A DNA stretch of 64,000 bases. Source: Oculina patagonica (taxonomy: Eukaryota). Below are positions 51,001 to 63,658 of the stretch, piece by piece; position 1 is the stretch's first letter, and every line of letters begins with the position of its first letter. The notes beneath the pieces are model-generated. The model searched no databases. It worked only from the letters and a program-made list of their open reading frames with translations, and was not told the origin of the DNA. The position numbers and the translations under genes were made by a program. The DNA lies in the NCBI RefSeq assembly GCF_052425735.1, contig NC_135771.1, positions 8,060,001 to 8,124,000 of the forward strand, written 5' to 3'.

Positions 51001-54000
51001 TCACAACTACGATGTTAGCTATTTACAGGTCTGCCACAATCGTGGGTTAGTGATCTTTATAAACATGTTTTAGGTTTCTTGGGCTTTGCGACTACGTACT
51101 GACGAAAGAAATGAGTAAGAGTGTATGTTGTAGCAGGTCAGCTTGTAAGTCTTGAGCTAAATCTCTCTTAGTCTTTAATACCAACACTGCTCAGGGAAAC
51201 TATAGAGAGATTAAGCATGACGTTTATTTTTCCCGCGAACGGCAAAAATTCAACTTCTGCTGTCTTCCGTTTGGCGTTGGTACGCGGAAATCAGATGTTT
51301 TGCGTTTGTCGTGAATGTGGGATTTTTTCACTGATTTTATGAGGGATTGATTTTAGAATTCGATAAAAAGGTAGAAAAAATGAAAGACAAGCTCGCGTTT
51401 GCCGTTTGCCGCATAACGTCATGCTTAATGTTCTTATGACAGAAAGCCGCATAACGTCATGCTTAATGTCTCTTATGACAGCAAAACCATGACTCAATCA
51501 ATTACATCCTCTGCAGTGGTCGATCTTAGATTACCTGTTATCTCTTTTCCACCTAACGGCAGCAAACCTCCGCCTTCCATTACTTCTTTAGGATCAACGG
51601 TTTCCTAAAAAAATTTACACCACGGTTCAGTTAAATGCTAACACCATGACACAGAGCGACAAATAGCAGCAAAACATAAAAAGATGACTAAACTTTACAA
51701 AAAAAGGGGANNNNNNNNNNNNNNNNNNNNNNNNNNNNNNNNNNNNNNNNNNNNNNNNNNNNNNNNNNNNNNNNNNNNNNNNNNNNNNNNNNNNNNNNNN
51801 NNNNNNNNNNNNNNNNNNNNNNNNNNNNNNNNNNNNNNNNNNNNNNNNNNNNNNNNNNNNNNNNNNNNNNNNNCAAGATCGACTGATCGACCTTAGCGTT
51901 TTCGGGACGTTACCATGTGATTTCTTACCAGTCCTTTTGAGTTCACTCCCCAGCCTTGTGGTATTTCGGTTTCTTTCCTGCGACACATTTCTACCTGCAA
52001 AGAAATTGAAGCGATGGAATTGTGCTTGGATAGAGGATCTGCATATCCTGTAGCGATGCAATTTAATTAATGGTAAGTCTTAGTCTCAAGTCAATGCTTT
52101 GAATCTTATTGTGATGATGACGACGACGACGACGACGACGATGATGATGATGATGATGATGATGACGATGATGATGATGATAAGGACGACGACTTATCGT
52201 TAAGAATAGGGCATGGAGTTCCCGGTGTTGTGGTCTGGTCTTTGCTCACTGTGTTGTGTACTGTGAAATGCTCGGAGATATTAGTTGTAAACAAAGTGAT
52301 GATGATGATGATGATGACGTTGATGATGATGATACGATGATGATATACCTTACCTTACCATGATTGTCATCGTGATATTATGTGGGTAAGATGTTCTTAG
52401 GTTATTTTTAGAACATTTTAAATTCGAAATTCAATTTTTTACTAGAACACTATTCCTTTGTTAAGCTCTTCAATTTTTTTAAAAGCATCTTAGCGGTATC
52501 TTTTTGAAGTTGTTAGTTTTTTTTATATACTCTCTTTTATTTTAATTTATTTTATTTTAAACAGGGCCTCAGTTGATACCAGTCCCTGCGACTGAAGGGT
52601 TATTTATTATATAACGTCAGCTTTTGTGAATTAGTTTCAAATTGAAGAAAACCTATAAAAAGTTTTTCTAATGGAGAAAAACACCAAAGAAATAATAATA
52701 ATATACCAAAACAAATAAAAGACAAGATGCTCAGTCCTTCATGTAGTGGGTGTAGTTAAACTGTTAAACTGATATTCGTAGTGAATGACATAATTACGTA
52801 AAAAAAAATATTTTTGTGAAGAGAAGTCGTCCAAAGTGGCTTGATTCTGTCTGTCTTTGCTTCTAAAGTCGATCAACTTTAACTTTTACATCTTAACAGT
52901 TATAACAACAAACCTTCCCATGAGCCACTGCTGACGTGGCCATATCTAGTTGAAAACTGTCCCCTGCCCTCCCTGGAGCGGATACCGAGAGGGGATTTGT
53001 TCCCATGGACGGCTGTGAAACGAAACATTAAGAAAAGATTAATTTACCACGCTTGTAAGATAACCTTATACGATACGATGCAAATGTTACAAACATGTAT
53101 CGAGTAAAACATTTCCTTGAATAAAGGCCTGGCAAAACGAGGAAACATGTTTCCAGAAACACTCGTAGCGCGCGCATGTTTCCCCAATGTTTCTCAGTTT
53201 TGCCACACGGGAAGCATTGTTTCCAGTGTCAATTTTGTCTCCAAGAAGCAAAATTTGCTACAGCTACACAGCAGAAACATTTCGTGTTTCCGCGCGGCAT
53301 GGAAGCATGGTAAAACGAGGAAACGATTATGGAAACATGTTTCCTCGTTTTGCCGGGCCTTAAGAGACCGGAGAACGACGTCCCGGAGCAATGTCACGGG
53401 ATATCAGATTGAGTCATTTTTCTGATTCCTTTCAAATAGAAGTAAACCTCAAACATGAAAAAATAACAAAGGAGTAATTAAAAGGCAAAAATAATCAAGA
53501 ATGGTTTCGACTGATAAAAACTAAGACATATTTCGAACGACAAATTTGAAAAACTTTGTCAACTTTTTTAAAATGTATTTTAAGCAAATGAAAGATCATC
53601 GCAGTATTGTACTCAACTTAAGTATTTGAGAAAAGCAAGCCTGAAAAAAAAAATTCAGGCTTGAACGGGAATCGAACCCATGACCTCTGCGATACTAGTG
53701 CAGCGCTCTAACCAACTGAGCTATCAAGCCAACTGGGAGCTGGTCACTTGTGAGTTCGTAATATACCCGTGGATGGAGAAGATATGAAATGAATATATTG
53801 TTCAAAGACAAGCTACTTTCAATACTACTTTCAATACTACTACTTTTCCATATGAATTTCATATATTCATTTCATATTTTTCAAAATGTGTTGTCTATGA
53901 CGCAGCTCCTTTAAAAAGTGATTTTTATTTTCTTGGGAACTGGTGACTATCTACGTGTGAAACGACAGATCATGAGCAGGAAGTGAACATGGATATGCCA

Positions 54001-57000
54001 TACACTAAGAAGACCAATAAACTACATTGTCCGACAAGGTTTTCGGTGGAACCCACAGGGAAAAAGAAGGAGAGGGAGACCGCGCGCATAACAGCTGGAG
54101 GAGCTAGAAGGATCCAAAATGCGCTATACAGTTTAAGAGCTACATCTGGACGCAGATGGAACGCCTGGCCAGGGACAGGGGGAATGGAGGAGTTTTGTCA
54201 GTGGCCTATGCTCCGAGATGGAGTAGACAGGCTTCAGATCAGAGCAGACCTTCAATCAGTTTGTCTCTTTGTAACAGACCGTCTTTAAGCTGAATATGTG
54301 AAGACTACCATGATAGAAATACCCAAAAAAATCACCGTCGTGATTCACGTTCTCCACCAATAATACACCGGATCGCGGATAAGCTGAGAATTTTGGCCCG
54401 GATTCCGGACTCTTTATGTCAGGAAGTTCGGATCGTGGATACTAAACTAAGTTAGGATCACTTTGTTCGGTCTTCGTCGATATGTTGGCGGAATTGTACC
54501 ACACAAAGGTTCAAAGTAATGCGGATTCGGATTTGAACGAAATAGTGGCGGATTGACGGATTGGGCTAAAATATAGCACGGATCGGCGGATTTGCGTACC
54601 CTATTCACCCCCCTCTTGTGACGGAATGCTAACCATACCTCAGCTATGGGGTGTTGGTTTTCATTTGAGTCAGAGTGGTATTACAGTCAACTCTTTCTTT
54701 TAACTGACGGACACCTGGTGATGGTCCTTGCCGTTTTCAGTCAATTTACTGTAACTAAACTTCCTATAAGACGGACACTTCTCTAAGACGGACAACGGAC
54801 ACTTTAAACCGTCAACGGACACTTGAGAAGCAAAGTTAGTCAGCGCTTTTAGAATACCAAACTTACTCACCAAAAACAATCTGTCAAAACGGATTACTTC
54901 TCTGCCTAAGTGTTTGTACACTAAAGAGGTCGTTTTCTACTTACACAAGAGAAATAGTATTACAGTCTGTAGAAGCTCTCAACATTTGCTTCAACAAGTG
55001 AATACTGTCTTTTTCTCATTCAAGTCTTGTTCCAGTTTGCAAAGTGTACAGTTAAGTTTTTAGACTACAGTAGAAGCCGTGATCGTTTGCTTGAACAAGT
55101 GAATGCATACAGACATGTTACAGCTGGCAACATGCATGTACTGCTCACTATCGATTCTAATGAACAAACGAGCAAACGAGTCAATTTTTAAATAGTATTT
55201 TTGTCTCAGTTTGTAGGTTTTCCTAAACTCATAGCATAGCTGTTCAACTTTATTACCTCAGAATGACTGGTGTCACATTACCTCTAGCTCTATTTGACTA
55301 AAAAGCGAAGCGTCAAATGCAAATCGGAATTACCTGAGCGGCTCTGGTTGGCACAACCACAGGGGAGGTGTTGGTCATGCTCATTCCCTACAGAACAACA
55401 AAAAAGAAATGTAACTCATTAATTACATCTTCAACGTGTAAAATAAGTCAATCAGAAGTGAATCCGAAATGACTTGCATTACTTACTATCATTCCATGTT
55501 GAAGAGCTTGGGCACTATACCATCCCGCTATACCGAAATGGGTTGAACCTGGCCGAAGTAAAAAAAAATTAAAATTTACAAGAGCACCATAAAGCGCTTT
55601 TCACTTGAGTGTCGAAAGTAAATTGCGTTTGCTTTGCTTTTGTATTACTACGCTTAGTGATTGGTTTAAAAATCTCGCGCCACTTTCTAAGCCAATCAGA
55701 ACTAAAACCAAAACCAATCTTGACTCGCTCGCGCACGTTTTCCCGCGCTTTGTGCCAGCTACAAGTTCCAGCTACATGTATTTGCTTCGAGTTTTGATTG
55801 GTTCACTGGATTGTCTGTGTCCTTTGTAATTGGTGAGAGTAATTACTTTGGTTTTGGTTTCTCTAAATGGCACCAAATAGAACTAAACTTAGGCGGTGTT
55901 GCAAAAGAATTCTGATGGCTGTTTGCTGTAGTACAAAATGTGTCACAGACTTCACCCCAACCAAACGTCTCAGGCGGTTTTTCTTTCTATTTCGGGGAAT
56001 TTCGTGAACAAGAATAGATAAAATAGTTGCTGATTGAAATATATTTCCATTCCCTCGAAAAAGCGAGTATTTTACTTTTAAACGCTCCGCAACCGAACTG
56101 AATGCTTCGACAAATGGCGCCAACAAGTCCGTATTTACCTGTTTTCAAACACGAAGAAATTTTTTTAGTAAAGCTCCAAAAAAATAAATAAACCATCAAA
56201 ATACCGGTAAAGCATCGATTTTTGAACAGAAAAAATTATAACCTTATCTTTGAAGTACTTTTCTTGTTTTCGTACATATTTCTATTGTTTGACTGCGGTC
56301 GAGTCACAGACTGGCCATAAAACAAGGAAGACTAACCTTTACAGACTACCCAGCCAATTCCATGCTCCTTTGCTTTCTTAATGGCTAAATCCATGCAAAA
56401 ATTACCAACAACCTGTGACGAGAGAGTAAATCACGAATTGATTTGTATGGCACAGCGTAAGGGCTTTTGCGTAAGAATCATAAAAAAGTTGGGTACACAG
56501 TGAAACGATAAAATTATCCAATCCGTGATACAAGCCACTTGGAAAGAGCGACCCGAGTTCTCTCTTTTCCGAGTAGCTTTGTAGGCACGTGCAAACACGT
56601 CTACTTTCATATGAGAGTTCCCCCCAGCCCCCATCCCCCCTCCCAGAGAACGCAGCAATCACTTTGAAAAACCCAGTGGCGGATCCGGACCTTCAGGTAA
56701 GTTGGGCCCCGATTAACTTGACTCCAAAAATAAGAGGGGGACCCGCTCTCAAAAATAATTTTTCTCAGCCCTACAGCCCCCCCCCCCCCCCCCCCACGGC
56801 CTCTCCCATAGATCCGTCACAGAGACCGACCGTGGTTCACTTTCGGCAGTCAACCAAAAACCGTTGTCTGTTTTTTCTTTCCTTTTTTTAAATTAAACGT
56901 TCAGAATATTTTTTTTTATAGAAAGTAAAACGTCGCAGAAGAGAGGGAGAAAACCGTTAGAATTTTTCCTTGTCGGAGACGGAGTTTCTCTCGTTCGCAA

Positions 57001-58200
57001 GCAGACGTAGGAAAAAAAACCCGGAAAAAAAGTCAAAGGCATCTCACAAAGCCTTTAGAATGATTATCGATTTATTATGACTTTTAATCAGTGTTTAATA
57101 ACGTTAAAATGTTCTTACCGGACCAAGCAAGTTGTTACCGTTTATCAGTGCAGTCGCTCCTGTTTCCTTTTCAATGCTTGGTTCACCCTGAGGTTGCGTG
57201 ACGCCATTCTTAATGTCACGAACATAAATCCCTTCAAAAGTTAAGAACACACAAATGGTGTTACAACACTCTTTATTAGACGGCAAATAGACCTTAGCTG
57301 TTTTGACTTTTCAACAAAACAACCAACTGGACGGTGGGTTATACTAAGTAATGTAAATGTTGTTTATAGCTAGGACGAATGCAAATTTTATTTCCTGTCA
57401 GTTTTGGCCGATTACCATACGGGCAACTTAGCGATGCCTTCAGGTGTTCATCACACGATCGCGGATTTTACGGGCTTGTTACAACTCAGCTTTCCATTTT
57501 CTGGGGAGAAGGGCCGGCGAAAAGTACATGTAGTCTTTCAGATAATTTCTGACAAAATTTTGAAGTCGAAGTTTGAAGTGATCGTATGTCAGTACACTAC
57601 TCAGAATCGCGTGACATTTAGCATTAAACGTAATAGGTGTAACGTCGGTAAAAGCAACAGACCGTCTGATCGCTCATTGCGCTGTCGATTGATATAATAA
57701 AATTATAAAATAGTTGTGGAAAAATAGCTGTAAACTATTTACTGCATAATTGTTTCGTTTCTGGTTAACTTCGTCGAAACAAAAGAAGGAAAATCCTTGA
57801 GCATAAATCTATTAAAGATCTTAAAATGTCACGGTGAAGATTTAGGTCGATCGAGTAATTAAAAGATCGACTTTTTTTACTGCTTTAATACCAGGTTTAA
57901 ATGCCTTGTATGGGGATAACCTTGTTACTCACTTTGTGTTAAAAACCAACCAATGAAATTAAAATAAAATCGATTTGTTTTATGTTAGTTATTTCTTCGA
58001 CAGAACTGAGAAATTTTTATTATTACGTCGAAACAGCTCTCACCTAATCTATGAAGTCCATGGGTAAAATGTCCTCTAACATCAGCCTCAGTGAGTACTT
58101 GAGACAGAGCTGTGCTGTGTTGTGGATCAGTTCCTACAGCTTTCATGCATCGCTTCACAAACGATTGCACTTCTGCTACAGATACACACTTGTACATCAT
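48060..58200 (-). CDS. Ldh_2-family oxidoreductase (YjmC-like), paralog B; complete 12-exon CDS, 357 aa
   Basis: Exons 58200-58044, 57231-57119, 56412-56337, 55548-55487, 55387-55334, 53012-52914, 51994-51929, 51604-51535, 50209-50088, 49947-49852, 49173-49063, 48107-48060 (TGA). Total 1074 nt, all GT-AG, phases consistent. Motifs [59 protein letters not shown]. Confidence 0.93.
48148..48424. mobile_element. Dispersed repeat family (agagc.attttcacttgagt.tcgaaagtaa...); further copies at ~55590-55860 and ~59960-60200
   Basis: Three mutually similar copies; this one has inverted termini tagagcaattttc / gaaaatcgctcta. Confidence 0.7.
48828..48995 (+). repeat. ~30-bp minisatellite (ttttcccgcgcttggcaccggtt...)
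   Basis: About six tandem degenerate units. Confidence 0.75.
50529..50780. mobile_element. MITE with ~40-bp TIR and 9-bp TSD
   Basis: caacctcgttcccagggcttttcccttggtgatttggaac / gttccaaatcaccaagggaaaagccctgggaacaaggttg; flanks tccagatct and tccagttct. Confidence 0.8.
51711..51873. other. Assembly gap (N run) in intron 7 of paralog B
   Basis: Run of N. The flanking exons 7 and 8 join in frame, so no coding exon is obviously missing. Confidence 0.98.
52111..52345. repeat. (GAT/GAC)n microsatellites flanking a short SINE fragment
   Basis: gatgacgacgac...gatgatgat tracts; 52207-52240 matches the family-2 SINE body. Confidence 0.8.
53125..53360. mobile_element. PIF/Harbinger-type MITE
   Basis: TIR aggcctggcaaaacgaggaaacatgtttcca / tggaaacatgtttcctcgttttgccgggcct; TAA TSD. 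Confidence 0.8.
53658..53730 (-). tRNA. tRNA-Thr(AGT)-like sequence, probably the head of a repeat or a pseudo-tRNA
   Basis: GGCTTGA acceptor stem pairs perfectly; D arm GCTC/GAGC; anticodon loop CT-AGT-AT with an A.C mismatch at the stem base; T arm GGGTTCGATTCCC; followed by a T run. Confidence 0.5.
53960..54235 (+). mobile_element. 3' fragment of an RTE-like non-LTR retrotransposon
   Basis: Frameshifted translation gives [47 protein letters not shown], characteristic of the RTE ORF C-terminus. A smaller similar tail lies at about 1840-1900. Confidence 0.75.
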
Positions 58201-59694
58201 GAGCTATCCTGACTAAACGGTCGATAATCACCCATGCGCACAGAAATAGGGAAATTGTCAGTTTTTCGCGTGACACAAATGTAAAGCGTAACGCAGGCTG
58301 CGCTGGGTTCGGTGGCGATAGTGAAACTCACTTAGCGAAAACATTTTTACTAGCGATCTTGAATTTTCAATAGTAAGTCGATAGAAAGTTATATTACAGT
58401 GGAAATATTTGACATTACAGTGTGCAAACACTGTATTTTAGTTTAAAAAGTGTCAATTAGTCAAATCGCCGGCCTTAACCGTGACAGAGATGACGTGCCT
58501 CTATGAAGAGATCTTAGACATCTTAAGTATAGTCTGTCTGATCAAATCCCGGGACTCGAATCTCAGACTTCCCGGCTTTGGGTTGATGTAAACTTTACCC
58601 AGTGGACAGGCTTTCCAGGACGTGAATAGACCCCCCGGGAGGATTTGGGTATGTTTTGGGTGGGTATGTGCCGCCCGGGTCCCGCTTTAGAGAGAATTTC
58701 CATTCAAAATGATACCCCGATAGGCCAGTTTGAAGTACCCCGTTGTGGAAATTTTGTAAATTTATTAATTAGCCTGCTTTTTTGAAAAATTATTCTTTGT
58801 TTGTTCGACTTTGCATTCAAATACGACAACTCTGCTTCTACTCAAATTAACTACAATCTTTGACAAAAGTAGTTGACACATTGATTTCGCTCTGTAGTTT
58901 TTATGGCGAATTTACCACTAGTTTTTAAATTCCATGTGTACATTAGTGCCGTTGGGCGGCACATGCCCTATAGGTATTTTGGGGGAGTATCCCGGGGGAT
59001 AGACAGTGAAGAGACAGCGTTGAAAGGAACGGACTCGAAATCGAAGGGCGATGTCTGTATACTCTGGCTTAACTCAAAACGATACAGTAAATGTTGCTGC
59101 ACTCAAAACGTCGACTACATGCATGCCTAGCTACAGGGACGGTGGAGCATTTTTCCAAGTGGGGGGGCTGACTAGTGACTTGAAGTGGGGGGGGGGGAGG
59201 GACTAAAAAGACTCTTCTCTTAGTAAGTCTTTATTTTTTCGGAAATTCTGGGGGGGCTAAAGTCCCCCCTAGCCCCCCCCGGCTCCGCCGTCCCTGAGCT
59301 AGTCCCTCGTTTCCCTGAGTTCGCCGACCGAGGGGCGTAAAACAAAAAGCCAGGAATTTCTTGTCGGTTTTTTAAGAGGAAAATGTCTTAGGATAATGGG
59401 AAAAAATTCTTCAAATCAAAACTTAAAACCTTTATTTTATTGATTAGCAAGAAAGAAAGTATGAACAGGAGCATTTCGTCAAATTGAAGTCCGAGAAAAT
59501 AAAAGAACCTCGAGACATGACGTGGAACCCACCCTTGCAGCAGAAACACGAAACTGGACAGACAAGCTTTCCCTCTTTTATCGCCATTGCTGGTACGAAT
59601 TTCTGCATTTTGTATTTCCGACTCGACTCGCACCAGCTTCATTTGATAGACGGCTGTTGTCACAATACATGTAAAATTCTAAAGTGAAATAAGA

Positions 59695-59897
59695 TAAAAA
59701 TAAATAAAATGGGAAGTTGCAGTGGCACTTCCATAGGGTGGCTATTCGTCCACTGTTCCCGATCGAATTGGAATTTAGCAGTGTTGGTTTTTGTGGAGGG
59801 AGAAAACCGGAGAAAAACCGTCGGAGCAAGGGGAATCGAACCCAGGCCACATTGGTGAGGGGCGAGTGCATTCACTACTGCGCCATCCCTGCTCCCC
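59695..59897 (-). mobile_element. tRNA-derived SINE (family 1), internally deleted
   Basis: Head ggggagcagggatggcgcagtagtgaatgcactcgcc; homologous to the 8142 and 45935 copies. Confidence 0.8.
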
Positions 59898-60518
59898 ATG
59901 CAAACGTGAAATAAAGTTTGTTGTTGTTGCTGGTCCGAAAATAACTAGTCAAAAAAGCCGTTAGAGTGGTTTTCACTTGAGTGTCGAAAGTAATTTGCGT
60001 TTGCTTTGAGTTTGCATCATTACGCTAAGTGATTGGTTTAAAAATCTCGCGCCATTACCTCAGCCAATCAGAAGTAAAACCAAAACTCGCTCACACACGT
60101 TTTCCTGCGCTTCGTGCCGGCTACGTGTATTTGCTTCGAGTTTTGATTGGCTGACTGTCTTTTGTGATTGGCCAGAGTTATTACTTTGGTTTTGGTTTAC
60201 TTTCGGAACTTTACGGTATTTGCACTGTTTTTTAATTGACATTTATTCATTTTATCATCAGTTTTCGTTGGTATTACATGTAACGCCTTAAACACACACC
60301 CTTTTATTAGAGATTAGCTGAGATTCTAGTGGTAAACTCAAGTCGACGAGTGTTGAACGACAAAGATAATGGTTTGCATTTCGTTAGCAATAGTCTCTAG
60401 GTTTTCTCTTCGTTGCCGTTTCTTGGGTCGTCACGCAATGCTACCGGTGGGGGTGGGAGCGTTGCGTGACAAGCCCAAACAACGGCTGCGATGGAGAATA
60501 GTTGTCTCTGTGTGCATG

Positions 60519-63500
60519 TCAGCTCTCGTCAAGTATACTAGGATCCACAGCAAATATTCTAAGCATGTCCTTTTCTATAAAATGCAAGTGTCCAGGTATA
60601 ACAAGCGAGTGTAGTGGCGCGCCAAGGTCACGTGACAACAGCTCCTTCATACTGCCGCACACTATCTGCTGATTGGCTGAGCCAACTCGTGCCAGGCCCA
60701 CGGCAATGGAGGCATCTGTGTAAGCTAAAAAAGTAAAGGAAAAATAAGAAAGTTTTCTTTGATTTCATAACGTCTGTGAGGTGTAAAGGAAAAACAAATT
60801 GATTCAATACACATTTTAAACCACACACACGTGAGCCGCGAACAAAGTACACTTGTTTGCATCTTCGTGAACCAATCGACACGGAGAAAGGTTTTATTTG
60901 TCATCAAAATTACAATAGTTTGTCCGTCAGCAAACTATTAAGTTTCCTAAGCAAACTTTCTGTTTCGTAAAAATTACAAATCAACTGTTTTCTAGTTTGT
61001 TTTCTTTAATAACAAGAGTACATTTTACGAAAGCAGTGGAAAAGAGCTTTCTGTGGGAAATATTGTTGTAGATGCTTTTGTTTTATTAAATTAATCGTAG
61101 TTTGGTTTTTGCGTTTGCTACTCTCTTAAAAACTCGTCAAGTGTGTTCTAACCAATCAGAGTAAGAGGCTGGATTTTCAACCAATCAGGACAAATTGAAG
61201 CTACACTGGCTTACGCGCGTTTTCAAACGCTTGGCACGGGTAGCACGTTTTAGCCTGGAGTTCTAATTGGCTAACTGGGCAATTTACGTTTGCCGTGATT
61301 GACCAGATGTGTTCGCTTAGATTTTGGTTTTCCGTTTGTCATAGGAAAGATAAACTAGCGCCATACTCTTTGTTAAGGCCTGGTTAAACTAGGAAACATT
61401 GTTGCAGAAACATTGTTCCTTGTCATGTTTCCTAGGTGGCTAAATTAGCGGGAAGCAAGAAAATGTTTTGCTGCCCAGGTGGCTAAACGTGGAAACGATG
61501 TTCCGGAAACAAAGTGTCAAGCATGTGCACAAACTACAGTCGAAGCTCTCTTAACGGACACTCTCGTAAGCGGACAGCTCTACTTACGGCCGCCTTGTTT
61601 GAAACCCCGTTTTTACTCCCATACAAACTCTGTATTTTTACATTCTCGTAAGCGGACATTCCCGTAAGCGGTCGCGGACACTTTCCGAGATTACGACTTA
61701 GACTTTTTCTTTGTTTTTAAGCTCCCGTAAGCGGATACCGCAAAGAAAATCCTATTAACAACCTCTGTATCTTGTTTTCATCAATCAACTTCACATCGCC
61801 ATTCTTCACAATGATTCTACAGTAATTACAGTACCATATTTCAGTGTTTGTTTTGTCGTCATCCACGTCCGGTTACATTTCGAAACACCACTAACATGCA
61901 TATTACCATTATCTTAGCTGGGCAAGCTCCCGTAAGCGGCCATTTATCCCCTACACCTCTAGTGGCCGCTTACAAGAACCATTCTCGTAAGCGGCCAGCT
62001 CCAGTTGCGGACACTTTTTTCGCGTCCCGAGGGTGTCCGCTTACGAGAGCTTCGACTGTAGTCAACATTGCTTCCATGGTGGTTAAACTGGGCAACATAT
62101 GTTTCGGAAGCAAAATTTGTGTTCGGGAAGCAACATTTTATTTCTGAGACAAGCAAAATTTGTTTCCGCAACATATGTTTCCCGCGCAGCTAAACTCAGA
62201 AACATTTGCCTCCGCAACAATGTTTCTAAAACAAAGTTTCCTAGTTTAGCCAGGCCTTTAGAGTAAAATCGCAGTCACTCAAATATATGTATACCTGGAG
62301 GCTCCCCTTTCAAATCTCTTATCTTGACTACATCCAACAACTGGCTTACAGCTTCATTTACACTCATGTAGCGTGGAGGCTCGAATATCTTCCTCCCTCT
62401 GAAAAAAAGTTTAATTATGAGATGCTTTGTTATACCTTATTGTTATTTATCTTCGCGGGTACTTAATTTCGCGAAAATGGAATAGGAATATTTCGCGAGA
62501 CTTAATTTTCGCGATTTGGCCAAAAATACGTAATTAGCATAAAAAATACAATAGAAATTGTTTAAAATTAATTTTTGCGGGTCTTTAATTTCGCGATTTT
62601 TTGAAAATCGCGAAAATAAAGTCCCGCGAAAATAAGTAACAATAAGGTAAGTAGATCTATCAGCCAGCAAAAATATTCAGTTCACAAAAAACTGGTACAA
62701 ATTAAAAAAAAAATTATCTGTTTTTCCATAGCTGAACTTTCTCACTTACCGCATTAAATTCTCCACGGACTGTTCCTTTACTTTTATGTCTACAAAAAGC
62801 AATTAATGCCAGTAATTAAAAGGGATAAAAATTGAAGAATACAAAACACTGCCTTACACCCGTTAAATCTAGATTTTCAAAGTCAAAATGATGTGGTAAA
62901 CAGTAAGGGGGAGGGGAGGGTGGTGCAGGTGAACTTATTGCTCTCTTTACCATTCCCACTCCTTCTTTAACGGTTCCTGCCTCTTTGAGCTCTTTGTATT
63001 GCAAAATATCATGTGATGTTGGAAACTTTTTCTTACTTTTCGCAGTTCCTGCCACTTTGAAAATTTTGCTTCCTGTCCTCTCTTATCACACCCCAAACTA
63101 AAAATATCATTAAATATTCCAATGGGTAACACACATTAAGTAATAATTACTGTGTCTTGACAAACTGTGGGCTTGTGAGTCATATACGTCATATAAGCCT
63201 GGAGTTAGCTTAGGTAGCTTGCAGGGTAGCTTTTATATTGGGATTAGGGATTTCTGGTTCGCAACAGTCACGTGGCCTGCAAGTCATACAAGTCATGCCA
63301 ACCATTCCGGTAAGCCTAAAAAACACTATTGGTAAGCCTGAATAGCACTCCAGTTAGCCTGTAGTTACTTTAGGTAGCTTGCAGTTAGCATGTTGCTGTA
63401 TCGCATATTATACTTGCTCAAAATTACCATCTGTAGAAAGGTGATCTGGCCCCTTCACATGTCTTGAAAAGGAAAAAATTCCTTCTCTGATTTCAATCTG

Positions 63501-63658
63501 ATTTGCTTTGAGAGCCCATTAAATGGTGAGCATTTACCTAATAAGCAGAGTGTATGCAGGCCTCGTTTTTTATTAGATGCAATCTTGTCATAAAAACTGT
63601 CTGGTTTCCAGTTGTCAGTCCAAAGTACTATAGATACTGTCTCTCCAAAGTTGTACAG
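60519..63658 (-). CDS. DPH5: Diphthine methyl ester synthase, last four exons; 5' exons lie beyond the right edge
   Basis: Exons 63658-63538 ([26 protein letters not shown]...HTLCLL), 62789-62750 ([14 protein letters not shown]), 62398-62295 ([21 protein letters not shown]), 60724-60519 (VGLARVGS...[19 protein letters not shown]...*). These match the conserved C-terminal half of eukaryotic Dph5; splice sites are canonical. Confidence 0.96.
61376..62257. mobile_element. PIF/Harbinger MITE with nested Tc1/mariner-like MITE (61537-62058), in a DPH5 intron
   Basis: Outer TIR aggcctggttaaactaggaaac / gtttcctagtttagccaggcct with TTA TSD. Inner cagtcgaagctctc / gagagcttcgactg with TA TSD. Confidence 0.85.
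62435..62647. mobile_element. TA-flanked MITE
   Basis: ccttattgttatttatcttcgcggg / cccgcgaaaataagtaacaataagg, TA on both sides. Confidence 0.75.

Noticed and set aside
52106-52294. Poly-Ser ORF
   Set aside because: Translation of a (GAT/GAC)n microsatellite.
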